From assembly GCA_965214095.1 (NCBI GenBank), contig OZ243938.1, positions 3,776,001-3,840,000 on the forward strand: DNA of 64,000 nt. The letters run 5' to 3'. The position numbers were made by a program, and so were the translations under genes. Of the stretch, positions 1 through 9,652 are shown piece by piece. The DNA comes from Candidatus Poribacteria bacterium. Lineage in GTDB: Bacteria; Poribacteria; WGA-4E; WGA-3G. The notes beneath the pieces were generated by a model, which had not been told where the DNA came from, searched no databases, and saw nothing but the letters and a program-made list of their open reading frames with translations. Position 1 is the stretch's first letter. Each line of letters opens with the position of its first letter.

Positions 1-1503
1 TTTGCCCGGCGTTTTGAACTACCTGCAAACCAGGTCAGAGTTATCACGGAACACATGGGTGGTGGATTTGGAAGCAAATTCGGCCCTGGTGTTGAAGGAC
101 ATACTGCAGCACAACTGTCTAAAATCACTGGCAGACCCGTAAAATTAATGTTGACAAGGAGGGCTGAACACCTCGTCGCTGGAAACAGACCCTCAATGAC
201 ACAACAAGTCAAGGCAGGTGCATCCAGCGATGGTCGTCTCATTGCGTATGACATGCAAGGATATGGCACAGGAGGAATATCCAGTGGAGCTGGTTTCACC
301 GGTCCTTATGTATACCATGTTGAAAATCAAAGAACAGAACGGTTCAACGTAGTTACCAATGCTGGCAACCAACGCGCCATGCGTGCACCCGGACACCCAC
401 AAGGTGCTTTTGCAATGGATTCCTTGATGGATGAGCTTGCAGAAAAACTGGGAATGAACCCACTTGAGTTTAGACGTATAAACGACTCAAGCGAAGTCCG
501 TCAAGCACAATATACCCTCGGTGCACAAGAAATCGGATGGCACAGACGCAACACCATTCCCGGTTCCGGCACAGGTGTGAAAAAACGCGGTATAGGTGTC
601 GGTAGTGGTCAATGGGGCGGTGGCGGCGGAAGAGGCACACAAGCACGCGTTACCATCAATGCGGATGGCACCGTTGAAGCAGTCACTGGAACACAAGACC
701 TCGGAACTGGTATCCGAACGGCTATCGCTATCATCGTCGCTGAAGAGTTCGGACTACAACCTACCGATATTTCCGTAAAGATTGGAGACAGTGGTCCTGG
801 TCTTCGATCAGGTGGTAGTGGCGGAAGTCAAACAACTGCATCCGTTGCGCCTGTTATCAAAACAGCAGCCGAAACAGCAAAACAGAAACTGTTTGCACAC
901 GTAGCACCTCTACTTCAAGCACCCGTTGACGACCTACGCGTTGGCAATGGCATTATCTATGTCGCATCTGACAGAACAAAGACAGTCACTTGGCATCAGG
1001 CTACAGGTCTGCTCGGAATGGAAAGCATCAGTGAAGGTGGCAGTTGGGATCAAGAACTTCGTAAAGGTGGTGCTGCTGGCACTCAATTCGCTGAGGTAGA
1101 AGTGGATACCGAAACGGGGAATGTTCAAGTCATAAAGATTGTCGCTGTCCAAGATTGTGGATTAGCAATCAACAGATTAACCACCGAAAGCCAAATTAAT
1201 GGTGGTGTTATCATGGGATTAGGACAAACCCTATTAGAAGAACGAATTATGGATCCACTTACCGGACGAATGCTCAACGCTAACCTTGAAGATTACAAAG
1301 TCCCCGGCACTTACGAAATACCGGAAATCAAATCTATCGTTTTTGATACACACCGGAAAGTCACTGGTGTCGGTGAACCACCGTGTATACCTACACTCGG
1401 GGCAATCGCAAATGCTGTCTATAACGCAATCGGTGTCCGCATCCGCGAACTCCCGATTACTCCCGACAAAGTTCTCACAGCACTCACTGAGAAGAAAGCA
1501 TAA
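1..1503 (+). CDS. Xanthine dehydrogenase family molybdopterin-binding subunit (PaoC/YagR-like), 5'-truncated by the window
   Basis: Frame open from base 1; motifs GGGFGSK, AMRAPG, QDLGTG, SQINGG, GVGEPP, RIRELPITP. Confidence 0.93.
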   Translation, partial: FARRFELPANQVRVITEHMGGGFGSKFGPGVEGHTAAQLSKITGRPVKLMLTRRAEHLVAGNRPSMTQQVKAGASSDGRLIAYDMQGYGTGGISSGAGFTGPYVYHVENQRTERFNVVTNAGNQRAMRAPGHPQGAFAMDSLMDELAEKLGMNPLEFRRINDSSEVRQAQYTLGAQEIGWHRRNTIPGSGTGVKKRGIGVGSGQWGGGGGRGTQARVTINADGTVEAVTGTQDLGTGIRTAIAIIVAEEFGLQPTDISVKIGDSGPGLRSGGSGGSQTTASVAPVIKTAAETAKQKLFAHVAPLLQAPVDDLRVGNGIIYVASDRTKTVTWHQATGLLGMESISEGGSWDQELRKGGAAGTQFAEVEVDTETGNVQVIKIVAVQDCGLAINRLTTESQINGGVIMGLGQTLLEERIMDPLTGRMLNANLEDYKVPGTYEIPEIKSIVFDTHRKVTGVGEPPCIPTLGAIANAVYNAIGVRIRELPITPDKVLTALTEKKA

Positions 1504-1514
1504 GGAGGTAAGCA

Positions 1515-2495
1515 ATGGATAAATTTAGTTATGTCAACGCAACAAGTCTGAAACAGGTTACCTCGTTATTGAGCGATAGCGGATGGGGTGAAGTGATGCT
1601 AATAGCAGGTGGAACTGACCTACTCAGCGAACTGAAGGAATACATTGAAACACCAAAAACGCTGATTAATCTCAAGACATTGCCTGATATGGATGGTATA
1701 TCAGCAGACGCAAATGGATTAACTATCGGTGCATTAACGACAGTTGCTGATATTGCTATGCACCCGACTATTCAGCACCATTACACCGTGCTTGCACAAG
1801 CTGCAGCGTCTGTCGCTACGCCGCAGATTCGTAACGTCGGCACAATAGGCGGAAACCTATGCCAACGTCCGCGCTGCTGGTACTACCGTGATGAAACCGT
1901 CAATTGCATCAAAAAAGGTGGAGACCTATGCTATGCAGTTGATGGACTCAGCAAATACCACGCTATTCTCGGTGGGGATCCGGTCTATATCGTGCATCCT
2001 TCAGACATTGCACCTGCATTGATTGCACTCGACGCATCAATGAAAATCACTGGTCCAGAAGGTGAGAAAACTATGAAAGTTGAGGAGTTCTTTACCTTAC
2101 CATCAGATAATCCGTTTCGTGAAAATGTGCTTCAACCGAACGAAATCGTCGTTGAAATTCAGATACCAAATCCGAAACTGAATACAAAGAGTTTCTATCT
2201 GAAGGCACGTGAGAAAGGTGCACCCGACTTCGCTTTAGCAAGTGTAGCAGGTGTCTTTGAGATGGCAGGACGCACATGTCAATCCGCAAACATCGTTCTC
2301 GGAGGTGTTGCTCCAAAACCTTGGCGTTCTACTGAAGCGGAAACTGTTCTCACTGGTACTATGGTAGACAAAGCAGTTAGCATGAAGGCAGGTGAGGAAG
2401 CGGTCCAAAAAGCACGTCCCTTGAACGATAACGAATACAAGGTGACACTCACCCAAAATCTCATCAGCCGTGCCGCGATGATGGCAGTGAGTTAA
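1515..2495 (+). CDS. Xanthine dehydrogenase family FAD-binding subunit (PaoB/YagS-like)
   Basis: AGGTDL, QIRNVGTIGGN, CQRPRCWYYR, HPSD, GGVAPKPWR; RBS AAGGAGG. Confidence 0.93.
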   Translation: MDKFSYVNATSLKQVTSLLSDSGWGEVMLIAGGTDLLSELKEYIETPKTLINLKTLPDMDGISADANGLTIGALTTVADIAMHPTIQHHYTVLAQAAASVATPQIRNVGTIGGNLCQRPRCWYYRDETVNCIKKGGDLCYAVDGLSKYHAILGGDPVYIVHPSDIAPALIALDASMKITGPEGEKTMKVEEFFTLPSDNPFRENVLQPNEIVVEIQIPNPKLNTKSFYLKAREKGAPDFALASVAGVFEMAGRTCQSANIVLGGVAPKPWRSTEAETVLTGTMVDKAVSMKAGEEAVQKARPLNDNEYKVTLTQNLISRAAMMAVS

Positions 2496-2506
2496 GGAGG
2501 AATAAT

Positions 2507-2746
2507 ATGTTAGAGGAAAAAACACTTCCAATGTACAATCGCACAGTATGTCAAAATCTGCGGACAAAAGCACTCTATATTCCAGGTGGCAACCTGCAAA
2601 ACCTTGTTGAAGAAAATCCAGGAACACACTATTGGTGCAACTGTACAATGCAGGTCGTCGGACCAGATGATCAGTTTGTTTCACCAAACGCATGCAAACA
2701 ATCACGTTCCTGTTTCAATCCTGTCGGCGCAAAACCGATAGTCTAA
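2507..2746 (+). CDS. Small Cys-rich hypothetical protein
   Basis: Strong RBS AAGGAGG 11 nt after the FAD-subunit stop; 5 Cys. Confidence 0.75.
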   Translation: MLEEKTLPMYNRTVCQNLRTKALYIPGGNLQNLVEENPGTHYWCNCTMQVVGPDDQFVSPNACKQSRSCFNPVGAKPIV

Positions 2747-2821
2747 TCACGCAAATGTAGTTATCGGTTATCAGCATACTCTTTCTGATAACCGATAACT
2801 TGTCTGCTTTCCATTCTATAT

Positions 2822-3283
2822 GTGACAATGTTCCTAAAACCTTTCGTCCAATGGGTGCATGTCGGTTCTGTCGTCCTCATGATTGGTGGTTTCTTCTTCT
2901 TCCGCGTCGTTCTCATCCCAATTGCTAACCGTTTCCCCGAACCAAAAAACATAATATTATCCGCATTAAGACGTTTTAGTAGAGTCGTTTGGATTACATT
3001 ATTGACTGTGCTAATTTCTGGCGTATATAATTTTATATCATTCCTCAGAACTGCACGTGTCACCGCACAAGAAACTGAAGTAGATTACTCGCTTTACATA
3101 CTTATATTAGGTATCAAGTTCTTTATCGTATTTCTGATATATACAGTTGCAGTTGTGCTGACGTTTCCGTATCCAGTATTTGAAGGATTTCAGAAAAAAC
3201 CGACACCATGGCTGAACATCATCATCGTTTTGGGACTGATAATCATATTCTTATCATCGTTTTTACGTAGACTATCGTTTTAA
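2822..3283 (+). CDS. CopD/DUF4149-like 4-TM membrane protein
   Basis: WVHV..IGG first helix and four hydrophobic segments; start may be ATG at 2828. Confidence 0.65.
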   Translation: MTMFLKPFVQWVHVGSVVLMIGGFFFFRVVLIPIANRFPEPKNIILSALRRFSRVVWITLLTVLISGVYNFISFLRTARVTAQETEVDYSLYILILGIKFFIVFLIYTVAVVLTFPYPVFEGFQKKPTPWLNIIIVLGLIIIFLSSFLRRLSF

Positions 3284-3317
3284 CACGAGAAATAAATGTA
3301 CAGAAAGGAGCAAACAG

Positions 3318-4136
3318 ATGGCAGTATTAAACAAAGAAGATCGGACATTTTGGAAAGAAAAAGGTTATGTCATTATCAAGAATGCGGCACCACCAGAATT
3401 AATCCAAAACGCAGAAAACGCCGTTTGGGATTTCCTCGAAATGGATGCTAACACACCAGAGAATTGGTACACTGATCCGCCTCGTGGCATTATGGTAGAA
3501 ATCTATCAACATCCTGCATTATGGGCAACGCGTCAATACCCACGTGTCCACCAAGCTTTCGCAGAAATCTGGGGAAACGAGAAACTATGGGTCAGTTTTG
3601 ACAGAGCAAGTATGAGTCCTCCAAATCTACCCGGCAAATATGAACGAACCAGCGTTGGACTGCATTGGGATATGTCCATAGACCTACCAATCCGCTTTCA
3701 TGTGCAAGGTGTCCTTTACTTAACAGATACCGCAGAGAACCAAGGCGCATTTGTTTGTGTCCCCGGTTTCCACAACAAAATTGAGGAGTGGATAAAGAGT
3801 CTACCCAAAGATGCAGACCCACGTCAACAAAATTTGGAAGCATTAGGCATGATTCCTGTACCTGCCAACGCAGGGGATCTGATTATTTGGCATAGTGCAT
3901 TACCACATAGTGCTGGTATCAATACTGCTGATGTACCGCGCGTTGCGCAATACATCACGATGACCCCAACAGGTGAAGCAAATCAAGAAGCGAGAGAACG
4001 TCGCATCAACGCATGGAAAAATAGAATGGCAGGTTTTGGTGGTGAACGCGCAGAAAAAGAACATGAGACAGGAAAAACAGCAGAATTATCCGACCTTGGA
4101 AAGAAATTGTTAGGTCTTGAACTGTGGGGAAGTTAA
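3318..4136 (+). CDS. Phytanoyl-CoA dioxygenase (PhyH) family protein
   Basis: HWD (HxD) motif, VPGFH, GDLIIWHSALPH. Confidence 0.88.
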   Translation: MAVLNKEDRTFWKEKGYVIIKNAAPPELIQNAENAVWDFLEMDANTPENWYTDPPRGIMVEIYQHPALWATRQYPRVHQAFAEIWGNEKLWVSFDRASMSPPNLPGKYERTSVGLHWDMSIDLPIRFHVQGVLYLTDTAENQGAFVCVPGFHNKIEEWIKSLPKDADPRQQNLEALGMIPVPANAGDLIIWHSALPHSAGINTADVPRVAQYITMTPTGEANQEARERRINAWKNRMAGFGGERAEKEHETGKTAELSDLGKKLLGLELWGS

Positions 4137-5140
4137 TCGTTTAGATTTCTACCAAGAACCGGATACGCAGGGTCGTTATATCCTTTTCCTGTGTGTTCCC
4201 CAGGCGGTACTAATGCATCAATTGCCGTTTCATTTTCCTCTGTGATAGTGCAGTCTAAACAACCCAAATTATCCTCTAACTGTTCCATCGTGCGAGGACC
4301 GATGATAACAGATGTTATCGTGGGATTTGCTAACACCCATGCCAACGCGAATTGTGTCAAAGTCTTCCCGTGTGCATCTGCTAAAGGTTTTAGTTGCTGT
4401 GCAACATCAAAACTCTCGTCGCGAAGTTCAGTCTGTCCAATCCGTCGATCTTTACGTGCAGCCCTTGATCCCTTCGGAGGTTTTTCTCCTGTCAAATACT
4501 TACCCGACAAGACACCCCGAGCCAACGGACTATACGGAACGACACCGACTCCATACTTAGCACAGAATGGCAGCAACTCCACTTCTGCATCCCGATTCAC
4601 AATATTATAGAGTGGTTGAACACACGCAAATTCCTCTAATCCTAATTTCTCACTTGTCCAGAGTGCTTCACAAACGCGCCATGTTTCAAAGTTAGAACAT
4701 GCAATGTAACGAACCTTACCTTGACGCACGCAATCGTCAAGTGCCCTTAATGATTCCGAAATTCGAGTAGATGCATCCCATCGGTGTAAGTAGTACACAT
4801 CAATATGGTCAGTGCCAAGCCGTTTCAAACTCTCTTCAACTGCCGACATAATGTGAAATCTGTGGGAACCGCTCTCATTGACATCATCTCCCATAGTCCC
4901 GTGAACCTTCGTTGCGATTACCCACTTATCCCGATTCTCACGCACTGCTTTACCGATAACCCGTTCAGACTCACCGCCGTTATACACATTCGCAGTATCA
5001 AGAAAGTTAATCCCCGCATCCATTGCATGATGCATAATTCGGATGGAATCCTTTTCATTCGTCGGTCCACCAAACATCATTGTCCCAAGGCAGAGCTGCG
5101 ATACTTTCACACCTGCCTGTCCAAGTGTCCTATATTCCAT
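4133..5140 (-). CDS. Aldo/keto reductase
   Basis: Start re-placed at MEYRTLG (5140); LGTMMFG, DTANVY, SLKRLGTDHIDVYYLH, YSPLARG. Confidence 0.93.
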   Translation of the reverse strand: MEYRTLGQAGVKVSQLCLGTMMFGGPTNEKDSIRIMHHAMDAGINFLDTANVYNGGESERVIGKAVRENRDKWVIATKVHGTMGDDVNESGSHRFHIMSAVEESLKRLGTDHIDVYYLHRWDASTRISESLRALDDCVRQGKVRYIACSNFETWRVCEALWTSEKLGLEEFACVQPLYNIVNRDAEVELLPFCAKYGVGVVPYSPLARGVLSGKYLTGEKPPKGSRAARKDRRIGQTELRDESFDVAQQLKPLADAHGKTLTQFALAWVLANPTITSVIIGPRTMEQLEDNLGCLDCTITEENETAIDALVPPGEHTGKGYNDPAYPVLGRNLND

Positions 5141-5162
5141 TGCCAATTTCCTTTCAAATATA

Positions 5163-5894
5163 CTAACCCATTCGAATACCACCATTAACATCAAGAGTCG
5201 CACCAGTGATATATTGTCCCTCATCCGAAGCCAGAAAAACGATAGCACTTGCAATCTCCGATGGATCTGCAACGCGTCCCAACGGAATCTGATCTGTCAT
5301 ATCAGGATGATTCTTTGCCATCTCTGTCGCAGCAATACCCGGTGCTATTGAGTTCACCGTAATCCCATATTCACCTAAGACTCGTGCAAACGATTTCGTC
5401 AGACACATGACTCCCGCTTTTGACGTAGAATAAGGTGCGGACGCAACCAGACCACCCACCTGTCCCGCCAAAGAACCGAGATTGATTATCCTCCCAAATT
5501 TCTGTTCCTTCATCGTTTCCATGACTGCCTGCGAACAGAGAAAAGGACCTTTGAGGTTAACAGCCATCATCCTATCCCATTCTTCTTCGCTACATGCATC
5601 AATACGTGTATAACTGAAAATTCCCGCGTTATTGACTAAAATATCAATCCGACCGAGTTCTTCAAGTGTCCTGTTAACCATCGCACGCACGGATTCACCA
5701 TCGGCAACATCCGTTTCAACCACCAAACACCTTCTACCGAGAGCCGTAATTTTTTCAGACACTGCCGTAGCATTCGTCATATTCACTTCGGGGATAACAA
5801 TATCTGCCCCTTCCTGAGCAAAAGCAATACATGTTGCCTTACCAATACCGCCGCCGCCACCCGTCACTATCGCAACGCGCCCATTCAAACGCAT
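5163..5894 (-). CDS. Short-chain dehydrogenase/reductase (FabG-like)
   Basis: TGGGGGIG, NNAG, YSTSK. Confidence 0.93.
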   Translation of the reverse strand: MRLNGRVAIVTGGGGGIGKATCIAFAQEGADIVIPEVNMTNATAVSEKITALGRRCLVVETDVADGESVRAMVNRTLEELGRIDILVNNAGIFSYTRIDACSEEEWDRMMAVNLKGPFLCSQAVMETMKEQKFGRIINLGSLAGQVGGLVASAPYSTSKAGVMCLTKSFARVLGEYGITVNSIAPGIAATEMAKNHPDMTDQIPLGRVADPSEIASAIVFLASDEGQYITGATLDVNGGIRMG

Positions 5895-5909
5895 CTCTGT
5901 TCTCCTAAA

Positions 5910-6073
5910 TATAGTAAATCATAATTATTTACACACTACGGTAGGTTCGGTTTCCTAACCGAACCGGTGTATGTTCAGTGTTATAGTCAAGCAGAATGCG
6001 CGTATGGCATTCTGCATTGGTTAGGAAACCGCATCTACCGTGGAGTGTGCACGTATTTTTACATTTCACTATA
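5910..6073. repeat. Small TATAGT...ACTATA-bounded repeat element (family B, copy 1) with GTAG-type REP hairpins
   Basis: Near reverse complement of 9401-9538; core GTAGGTTCGGTTTCCTAACCGAACC. Confidence 0.85.
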
Positions 6074-6255
6074 AGTTGTTATTGTAGATTTATCCTGTTT
6101 CTATTCATACATTACGTCATTTAAACTTGAATTCTTTATGTGTTTAATAGTAACATATAGACATTATCACACGTATTCTTTAAAGAGTCAACATTGCTAA
6201 TGACATAGAATTACATTCATACATCTTATTGCAAATTACATTAGGAGCATACATC

Positions 6256-7284
6256 TTGAAAAAGTCTGCATTGATTCAATCCCTAACAACACTAATTGTG
6301 TTGCTATTTTTTTCTACATTTCCAATGATAGTGACAGCACAAAACTATTACCCCGCAGAAATCGGTAATGAGTGGATCTTGGATAGCACTGACGGAAAAG
6401 AACGTCAAACGTACACACTTGAAGTACCTGAAGATGATGCCGATAGCCATCTTATCCTCCTAAAAATTGTAACTGAAAACCTTAACAATGACAAAGTTAT
6501 TGATACAGACAAATACTTTTTGACAGATGAACCTGATGGAATTAAACTTCACAAAACTATCCTAGAACAACAAGCTCTTAATATGAAAGAGACTGTTACT
6601 GCGAATTTTCAAACACCAGTAACATTCTTTCCAAAGGAATTAAAACTAGGGAACAAGTGGGATATCGCGGCAGACACAGAAGTCCTTAATCTTCCAATTA
6701 GAAGTACTACCAATTTAGAGGTGGTTGATTTTGAAAACATAGTAACCTCAGTTGGTACATTCCAGAACTGTGCAAAAATTGAGCTAAAATTGGAAGTAGA
6801 TTTTTTGACTGTTGAGATTAACATTGATCTATCATCAACATCATATCAATGGTTAGCACCCGGGGTAGGTCCTGTAAAGTTTCAGAATGACGATGGCGAT
6901 GTATATGAAATCACAAGTTTCAAAAGAAGTCCGCCTGAAATTATTGCCCAGAATCCTCCCGTATGGCAATCACTACCTCAAAATATTACTGTCACTGGAA
7001 CACGTCTCGGTGGAATTCTCAACGCCAAAATACTTGAAAATGTTGAAGATTTTGTGTCAGAGCCAGATAAATTATTGAATTTGGGAATAGTATCCGTATC
7101 TGGAAATATCGTTCCGCCGGGTGATGGAACAGGTTTCGCAACAAACCTACAACGAAAACAAGACCTATGGGTTGCTGGACGGTTTGAAAATGCCCCAATC
7201 ATAGGGACAATTAGACTTTTTGCAGAAAACAGCAAAGGTAGAACTGAACGAATTATTAATGTAACAATAAATACAAGTCAGTAG
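6256..7284 (+). CDS. Secreted protein, shared-N-domain paralog 1
   Basis: TTG start after AGGAG; signal peptide, then AQNYYPAEIGNEW...QWLAPGVGPVKF shared with the 7547 and 9653 genes. Confidence 0.8.
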   Translation: MKKSALIQSLTTLIVLLFFSTFPMIVTAQNYYPAEIGNEWILDSTDGKERQTYTLEVPEDDADSHLILLKIVTENLNNDKVIDTDKYFLTDEPDGIKLHKTILEQQALNMKETVTANFQTPVTFFPKELKLGNKWDIAADTEVLNLPIRSTTNLEVVDFENIVTSVGTFQNCAKIELKLEVDFLTVEINIDLSSTSYQWLAPGVGPVKFQNDDGDVYEITSFKRSPPEIIAQNPPVWQSLPQNITVTGTRLGGILNAKILENVEDFVSEPDKLLNLGIVSVSGNIVPPGDGTGFATNLQRKQDLWVAGRFENAPIIGTIRLFAENSKGRTERIINVTINTSQ

Positions 7285-7308
7285 GTCGAATTATTTGGAA
7301 AAGCCACT

Positions 7309-7560
7309 ATGGTAAATTGGAAAGTGGTATTAATTGTTTTAGCCATCGCAATTTTACTAATGGCAATCGGAATGTGGTTAGGATACCGATACATATCAGA
7401 ACAAGATGATATCCACTATGAAGCACACAATATGAACGCTGTCGTAGGATACACTTTTGGCATTCGCATCCACTTGTTTGGAAATATCAGTCAATGTAAT
7501 GTCTATGACTTCTCACTTAAGTTTTATTTTGAAAAGGAGACAATATATGAAGATGATTAA
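7309..7560 (+). CDS. Possible small single-TM protein
   Basis: Hydrophobic N-terminal helix; the 3' half looks degenerate and overlaps the next start. Confidence 0.35.
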   Translation: MVNWKVVLIVLAIAILLMAIGMWLGYRYISEQDDIHYEAHNMNAVVGYTFGIRIHLFGNISQCNVYDFSLKFYFEKETIYEDD

Positions 7561-9280
7561 CTACATATCATCGTTCAAAACTATTTTAGTGTTAACCCTA
7601 ATATGTGGTTTTGCACTCACCGCATCAGCACAAGATTATTATCCAACAGAAATCGGCAATACTTGGGTTTTCTTAAGTACCGATGGTGCTGAAAAACGCA
7701 CATATTCTATTGAAGAACCCGAAACTGATGAGGGTGAAGGTGTTTTTATCCTAAGAATCCTCACAGAAACCCTTGGCACAGAGGCAGTTGATAACGACGT
7801 TTATTTTATCTCTGATGATGCTGGCGACTTGAAGCTTCACCGAACAAGATTAGAAGAAGGCGCATTCGGTATTGCAGCCGCAATGCTTGATCCACCCGCG
7901 CTATTTTTCCCCGCAGATCTGCCGCTCGGACGCAAATGGGAACTCATTACCGTTACAGAACTAAACTTAGTCGGCACAGCAACGACAACAAGCACAATTG
8001 AAGTCGTTGAAATTAAGGATCTTGAAACTCCCCTTGGAACTATTAAGGACTGTGTCAAACTGGAAATAAGTAGAAAAATCGTCACAGCACTTACCACCCT
8101 TCGACAAACCTATTATCAATGGTTAGGACCTGACATAGGACCTGTCAAATTTCAAGACGATCAGGAAATAGTCTACGAAATCCAAAGTTATGACTTGGTT
8201 GAAGCAGCTGCTGAAGAACCTGAAACTCCTGAAGTGCCAGAAACTCCTGAAGTGCCAGAAACCCCAGAGGAACCTGTGGTGCCGGAAACCCCAGAGGAAC
8301 CTGTGGTGCCGGAAACCCCTGAAGAACCTGTGGTGCCGGAGATGCCAGAGGAACCGGAAGTAGCTGAATCCAGATTTAACATTCATCTTGCGTCAGGATT
8401 AAATCTCATCTCAATACCACTGATGCCAGAAGAGCCATACACTGCAAAATCTCTCGCTGAGAAATTAAGTGCAACGATTATCATCAGATTGGACGCAGAA
8501 AAACAAGCGTACGTCGGTTATTCAGCTGCAGAGGAAGGGGATGGATATGAGATAGATGGGAGTAGCGGATATATCGTAAATACGCCAGAAGGTGGAATGG
8601 CAACCTTCACAGGAACAGCATGGACAATGCAGTCAGAAGAAGCAGCTGCCGCACCAAAAGTTCCTACAATACAGAGTGCCTGGGCATTTGTCATCACAAG
8701 CAACTTGCAAGGCAAACAAGCAGAGGCATCCTACACAATGCTTGCTAAAAACCTACGTACAGGTGTTATAGCGAGTAAGAATGTCGAATCCGATAAAGGT
8801 CAAGTTTCGGCTGTGTGGGCGAACCTAAATCGCAAGAGTGTTATCCAAGTAAATGACAAAATTGAGTTCACACTCGTTGATGGAAAAGGCACTATCGTGT
8901 CCGGTCCCTACCAACGCGCCATAAATTCCTCAGATATAAACAATGCATATCTGAGCGTGCAGATGCGTGTCGGTGATGTCCATCTGAAGGAACCAATTCT
9001 TGCACAGAACTTCCCGAATCCGTTCAATCCAGAGACTTGGATCCCATTCCAACTGAATCGTGCAGCGAATGTAACAATCCAGATTTATGATGTTTCAGGT
9101 CATCCAGTGCGGACATTAAATCTCGGACATAAGTCAATCGGTTCATATATGACAACTTCAAACGCGGCTTATTGGGACGGCAAAAATAAGACGGGAGAAA
9201 CTGTGTCGAGTGGTGTATATTTCTATACACTACAAACAAACGATTTCTCTGCAACCCGCCGAATGGTCATACTGAAATAA
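7547..9280 (+). CDS. Secreted protein, shared-N-domain paralog 2, with Pro/Glu linker and FlgD-Ig/T9SS-A-like C-terminal domain
   Basis: ATG at 7547 after AAGGAG; AQDYYPTEIGNTW; PE repeats; NFPNPFNPETW...YWDGKN..GE.VSSGVYFY. Confidence 0.85.
   Translation: MKMINYISSFKTILVLTLICGFALTASAQDYYPTEIGNTWVFLSTDGAEKRTYSIEEPETDEGEGVFILRILTETLGTEAVDNDVYFISDDAGDLKLHRTRLEEGAFGIAAAMLDPPALFFPADLPLGRKWELITVTELNLVGTATTTSTIEVVEIKDLETPLGTIKDCVKLEISRKIVTALTTLRQTYYQWLGPDIGPVKFQDDQEIVYEIQSYDLVEAAAEEPETPEVPETPEVPETPEEPVVPETPEEPVVPETPEEPVVPEMPEEPEVAESRFNIHLASGLNLISIPLMPEEPYTAKSLAEKLSATIIIRLDAEKQAYVGYSAAEEGDGYEIDGSSGYIVNTPEGGMATFTGTAWTMQSEEAAAAPKVPTIQSAWAFVITSNLQGKQAEASYTMLAKNLRTGVIASKNVESDKGQVSAVWANLNRKSVIQVNDKIEFTLVDGKGTIVSGPYQRAINSSDINNAYLSVQMRVGDVHLKEPILAQNFPNPFNPETWIPFQLNRAANVTIQIYDVSGHPVRTLNLGHKSIGSYMTTSNAAYWDGKNKTGETVSSGVYFYTLQTNDFSATRRMVILK
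8222..8360 (+). repeat. Coding tandem repeats (18-bp ETPEVP x2, 27-bp ETPEEPVVP x3)
   Basis: gaaactcctgaagtgcca x2, then gaaacccc(a/t)ga(g/a)gaacctgtggtgccg x3. Confidence 0.9.
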
Positions 9281-9298
9281 GCTGACAATGAACCTTGT

Positions 9299-9371
9299 AA
9301 AAACGCCTTGATACCACAAGCAATCTAATAACTTAATAGATCGCTTGAAATGTCAAAATCAAGGCGTTTTT
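9299..9371 (+). terminator. Long hairpin/terminator after the secreted-protein gene
   Basis: AAAAACGCCTTGAT...ATCAAGGCGTTTTT inverted arms with inner imperfect pairing. Confidence 0.6.
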
Positions 9372-9400
9372 CTATGATATATAATCTTATAGACATCTAT

Positions 9401-9538
9401 TATAGTGAAATGTAAAAACACGTACACATTCCGCGGTAGATGTGGTTTCCTAACCGCATCTATAACACTGAACAAACACCGGTTCGGTTAGGAAACCGAA
9501 CCTACCGTAGTGTATAAATAATTATGGTTTTTACTATA
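9401..9538. repeat. Family B repeat element, copy 2 (inverted relative to 5910-6073)
   Basis: TATAGTGAAATGTAAAAA...GGTTCGGTTAGGAAACCGAACCTACCGTAG...TTACTATA. Confidence 0.85.
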
Positions 9539-9544
9539 AGATAT

Positions 9545-9589
9545 GAAATAGACCGTTTGTAGTCGCGCAATTCATTGCGCCTCGGACAT
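9545..9589 (+). repeat. REP-like family A core
   Basis: GTAGTCGCGCAATTCATTGCGCCTCGGACAT, recurring about 8 times in the window. Confidence 0.85.
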
Positions 9590-9652
9590 GCCAACTCAAA
9601 AGGGTTATATTATATTCAATTGATATTATACCTTTTCAGTTGAGGAGAAAAA

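Noticed and set aside
5141-5272. N-terminal extension of the aldo/keto reductase ORF
   Set aside because: It overlaps the SDR gene; the family-typical start is at 5140
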